Shown in pieces: positions 36,045 through 38,395 of a DNA stretch of 38,395 bases (the stretch's first letter is position 1; every line of letters begins with the position of its first letter). A program made the translations under genes and the position numbers. Under the pieces are notes generated by a model, which had not been told where the DNA came from, ran no database searches, and worked only from the letters and a program-made list of their open reading frames with translations. Source of the stretch: an uncultured Thermoplasmata archaeon (lineage in GTDB: Archaea > Thermoplasmatota > Thermoplasmata > Halarchaeoplasmatales > Halarchaeoplasmataceae). The stretch lies in the NCBI GenBank assembly GCA_964399335.1, contig CAYNQI010000010.1, positions 1-38,395 of the forward strand, given 5' to 3'.

Positions 36045-36296
36045 TTATTCTTTTGAGATCGATACTCTTTTTGGGAAGTATCTTAATAGTATTATATCTC
36101 CTACAGCGCTTACCCAACGGTAAGGTACTTTTACACTTTTCGAATCTTCAACCAACAAGGGATTAGTATCACCCACAAACAGACCATCGATGTCTGCTTC
36201 ATCCATATCGATAACGACATTATTTACTGTGCCAAGGAACATACCATTCTTGGTATAGACTTGGATCCCAATCATTTCTGATACTTCTTCGAGCAT
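36045..36296 (-). CDS. PRC-barrel protein, CdpB1-like archaeal cell division factor
   Basis: QVYTKNGMFLGTVNNVVID...VPYRWVSAVGDIILLR. Confidence 0.8.
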   Translation of the reverse strand: MLEEVSEMIGIQVYTKNGMFLGTVNNVVIDMDEADIDGLFVGDTNPLLVEDSKSVKVPYRWVSAVGDIILLRYFPKRVSISKE

Positions 36297-36520
36297 ATTT
36301 ATCACATGAGGTATAGTTTAATCTGTTTTAAATTTTTTTATGGTTTTTAGTGAACTTTGACCTTTTTTTTGTATATTTCTTATCTCGATTTAACAAATCT
36401 ATTTAAAATGGAAAATCTTCGTTATAATGGCTCTGTTTGTTTTTCTAAGCTATCTCACCGATAATTTTATAGAGTTTGTTTTTAATGACTGGTCGAAGGT
36501 ATTTGTCAGACAGGTGTAAG

Positions 36521-37093
36521 ATGAAGAATGATGGGATCTCGAAAGAGGATGCACTCAATCGACATTATGCCCTTTTAGATATACTCTTAATTCTGTTCTG
36601 GCTTCTTTTAACTGGGGAAATATTCAACATATTCAGAGGTAGTGAAATATCCCTTTATACCTTAGCATCAGGTTTAGTCGGGGCCAGTTTAGTCACTTTC
36701 ACAGTTCATAGATTTGTCATACATGGTGAGGAAAGAAAAAAGAGCCGTTTATCCGAATATTTGAACGCTTTAAAAAACATCCTTGCCCTTTTCTTAGACG
36801 TGTGTATAAAGTTGATAATTGCTAATGGAATCTTGATTTACCAATCTATAACTATGAAAATTGAACCTAAGGTTGTAAGGACTAAAGTAAGTCTTACATC
36901 CGAGAGTGAAGTTACTTTGATATCTCTTTTGATAACCCTTACTCCCGGAACTCTAGTAATAGACGTTGATAAGGAAGATGAAAACTATTACCTTTACGTC
37001 CACTACTCTTATTTAAAGGCAGAAAATCTAAGCGAGAGTATTAAAGAATCCATATTGAACTGGGATAGCATGATCAAGGGGGTTTTCACTTGA
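36521..37093 (+). CDS. mnhE: Na+/H+ antiporter subunit E (MnhE)
   Basis: FWLLLTG, LIIANG, LISLLITLTPGTLVIDV, LYVH. Probable start ATG 36521 after GGTG. Confidence 0.9.
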   Translation: MKNDGISKEDALNRHYALLDILLILFWLLLTGEIFNIFRGSEISLYTLASGLVGASLVTFTVHRFVIHGEERKKSRLSEYLNALKNILALFLDVCIKLIIANGILIYQSITMKIEPKVVRTKVSLTSESEVTLISLLITLTPGTLVIDVDKEDENYYLYVHYSYLKAENLSESIKESILNWDSMIKGVFT

Positions 37094-37350
37094 GCTTGTA
37101 CTCTGCAATATCAGTTATATTGATATTCATCGCTATCCTTGCATCATACCGGTTATTCCTTGGTCCGACTATATATGACCGGTTAGTTTCTTTGAACGTA
37201 GTTGGTGTGATCATCACTATAATTCTAATATTGATCAGTCTAGAGACGGATTTGGGATTATATCTAGATATAGCACTATCTTTCATAATGCTTGATTTCG
37301 TGGGTACTATTGCTTTGGTAAAATATTTAGAGGGTGGTGAATTTATATGA
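37090..37350 (+). CDS. mnhF: Na+/H+ antiporter subunit F (MnhF)
   Basis: RLFLGPTIYDRLVSLN, DFVGTIALVKYL. TTG start overlapping the mnhE stop. Confidence 0.92.
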   Translation: MSLYSAISVILIFIAILASYRLFLGPTIYDRLVSLNVVGVIITIILILISLETDLGLYLDIALSFIMLDFVGTIALVKYLEGGEFI

Positions 37351-37697
37351 TCATCGAGATTGTATCATTATTTTTTATCTCACTTGGTTGTATCATGATG
37401 TTTACAGCAGCTTTGGGAATTCTTAGATTTTCGGATATCTATATGAGATTGCATGCCAGTGGAAAAGCCGGAACAGGTGGTACTATAGCTTTACTTGCTG
37501 GTGTTCTTATACGAAGCGGATTAACCGAAATATCTGGTAAGATAATCCTTATCATGGTTTTCATTTTGTTTACTGGTCCTATAACAGCACATGCAATCGC
37601 GAGGGCAGCGCATGTTCATTCTGGTGCTACTGACGAGATACCTTTCCACGAAGTTAAAGCGGAAGAAAAGAAGGAGGATGAAGAGGATGATAATTGA
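37347..37697 (+). CDS. mnhG: Na+/H+ antiporter subunit G (MnhG)
   Basis: GILRFSDIYMRLHASGK, FTGPITAHAIARAA. Confidence 0.93.
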   Translation: MIIEIVSLFFISLGCIMMFTAALGILRFSDIYMRLHASGKAGTGGTIALLAGVLIRSGLTEISGKIILIMVFILFTGPITAHAIARAAHVHSGATDEIPFHEVKAEEKKEDEEDDN

Positions 37698-37935
37698 ATT
37701 ATTTCTTGTGCTCTTTCTAGTTTCGAATATACTCGTAATTATGGAAGACGATCTTATCAGAGCACTCGTTTTTTTAGCATTAGCATCAGTATTCCTTATT
37801 TTATTACTTTATCTGTACAGAGCAACTGATGTAGCTCTAGCGTTCTCCATAGTCAGTACGGGGGCTACTACAGTTCTATTTCTAGCGATCATCAAAAAAT
37901 TAGAGAGGTTCGGATATGAAAGAAAATGTCTTTAA
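37687..37935 (+). CDS. DUF4040 / MnhB-associated antiporter subunit
   Basis: DLIRALVFL...YRATDVALAFSIVSTGATTVLFL. Probable start ATG 37687. Confidence 0.8.
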   Translation: MIIELFLVLFLVSNILVIMEDDLIRALVFLALASVFLILLLYLYRATDVALAFSIVSTGATTVLFLAIIKKLERFGYERKCL

Positions 37936-38221
37936 AAGAGTATTTACCGCACTCTTAGTAGTGTTCATATGCATTATGTTCCTGACTGGTATGAATCTAG
38001 GTCATGAAGATAAATCCGACTCTCCTCTTACAGAATTTTACCTTGAAAATTATGAAGAGACTGGAGCGATAAATCTCGTAGAAGCTATACTTTTTGATTT
38101 TAGAGGTTACGATACTTTCGGTGAATTGTTAGTCCTTTACATCGCTATCGCAGGTATAATCATCCTTGGTAAAGAGATAATAAAACCAAAAGATGAAATG
38201 GAAGGAGGTGAGGACTCATAA
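37916..38221 (+). CDS. MnhB-related subunit (split MnhA/B segment)
   Basis: NLVEAILFDFRGYDTFGELLVL motif. Confidence 0.88.
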   Translation: MKENVFKRVFTALLVVFICIMFLTGMNLGHEDKSDSPLTEFYLENYEETGAINLVEAILFDFRGYDTFGELLVLYIAIAGIIILGKEIIKPKDEMEGGEDS

Positions 38222-38395
38222 AATCCATTATAGTTAGAACATTCGGGAGAGCCTTGACACCTTTCATATTGATGTACGGTATATACCTGATACTTTTTGG
38301 TCCGGTTTCTCCGGGCGGTGGTTTCCAGGGAGGTGTTGTCCTCGCTTCAGGTGTTATACTAGTTCTTGTAACTCATGGAAGAACAAAAGTCAAAA
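38218..38395 (+). CDS. mnhB: MnhB-domain subunit, 5' part (apparent ATA start; runs off the window end)
   Basis: Manual translation (I/M)KSIIVRTFGRALTPFILMYGIYLILFGPVSPGGGFQGGVVLAS. SD GGAGGTGA lies 6 nt upstream. Confidence 0.88.
   Translation, partial: MKSIIVRTFGRALTPFILMYGIYLILFGPVSPGGGFQGGVVLASGVILVLVTHGRTKVK

Noticed and set aside
838-37935. Other short ORFs antisense or out of frame to assigned genes (e.g. 2180-2695, 9769-10152, 14727-15104, 18215-18691, 20434-20853)
   Set aside because: They overlap well-supported genes and show antisense amino-acid bias.
1-38395. CRISPR arrays, IS elements, integrases, Sec/Pyl read-through
   Set aside because: No regularly spaced repeats, no transposase or integrase ORFs, and no in-frame stops inside conserved genes were seen.

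Overview
AT-rich, gene-dense archaeal chromosome segment. The gene set and protein styles suggest a Thermoplasmatota-like euryarchaeon (inference, not a database result). It is mostly core housekeeping: HhH-GPD glycosylase, DUF763, PAN, Usp, a PUA/PAPS-reductase/ferredoxin protein, Trm1, THEP1 NTPase, MptD, archaeal lipid genes (PssA, Psd, DGGGP synthase), FtsZ, deoxyhypusine synthase, Tmk-like kinase, PyrBI, M18 aminopeptidase, Rqc2, the S19e-PDCD5-L39e-L31e-aIF6 cluster, a CoaD fusion, GluRS, a DtxR/MntR regulator, MutS-MutL, TFB, Elp3, PdaD, CobO, a gamma-CA family protein, a PRC-barrel CdpB-like protein and the start of an Mnh/Mrp antiporter operon. There are two tRNAs: an intron-containing initiator tRNA-Met and tRNA-Val(GAC). 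The best element missing from the ORF track is a ~215-nt three-hairpin box H/ACA guide RNA on the minus strand (3083-3298). Each hairpin has a K-turn-type motif and an ACA box. Two pockets match conserved 23S rRNA sites (E. coli-equivalent U1915 and U2586). Directly downstream is an unannotated 51-aa zinc-ribbon ORF that appears to start at ATC. A second apparent non-canonical start (ATA) opens the last mnhB-like gene. Downstream of tRNA-Val lie an att-like duplicate of the tRNA 3' end and a pseudoknot-like element. No CRISPR array, transposase or integrase was seen.
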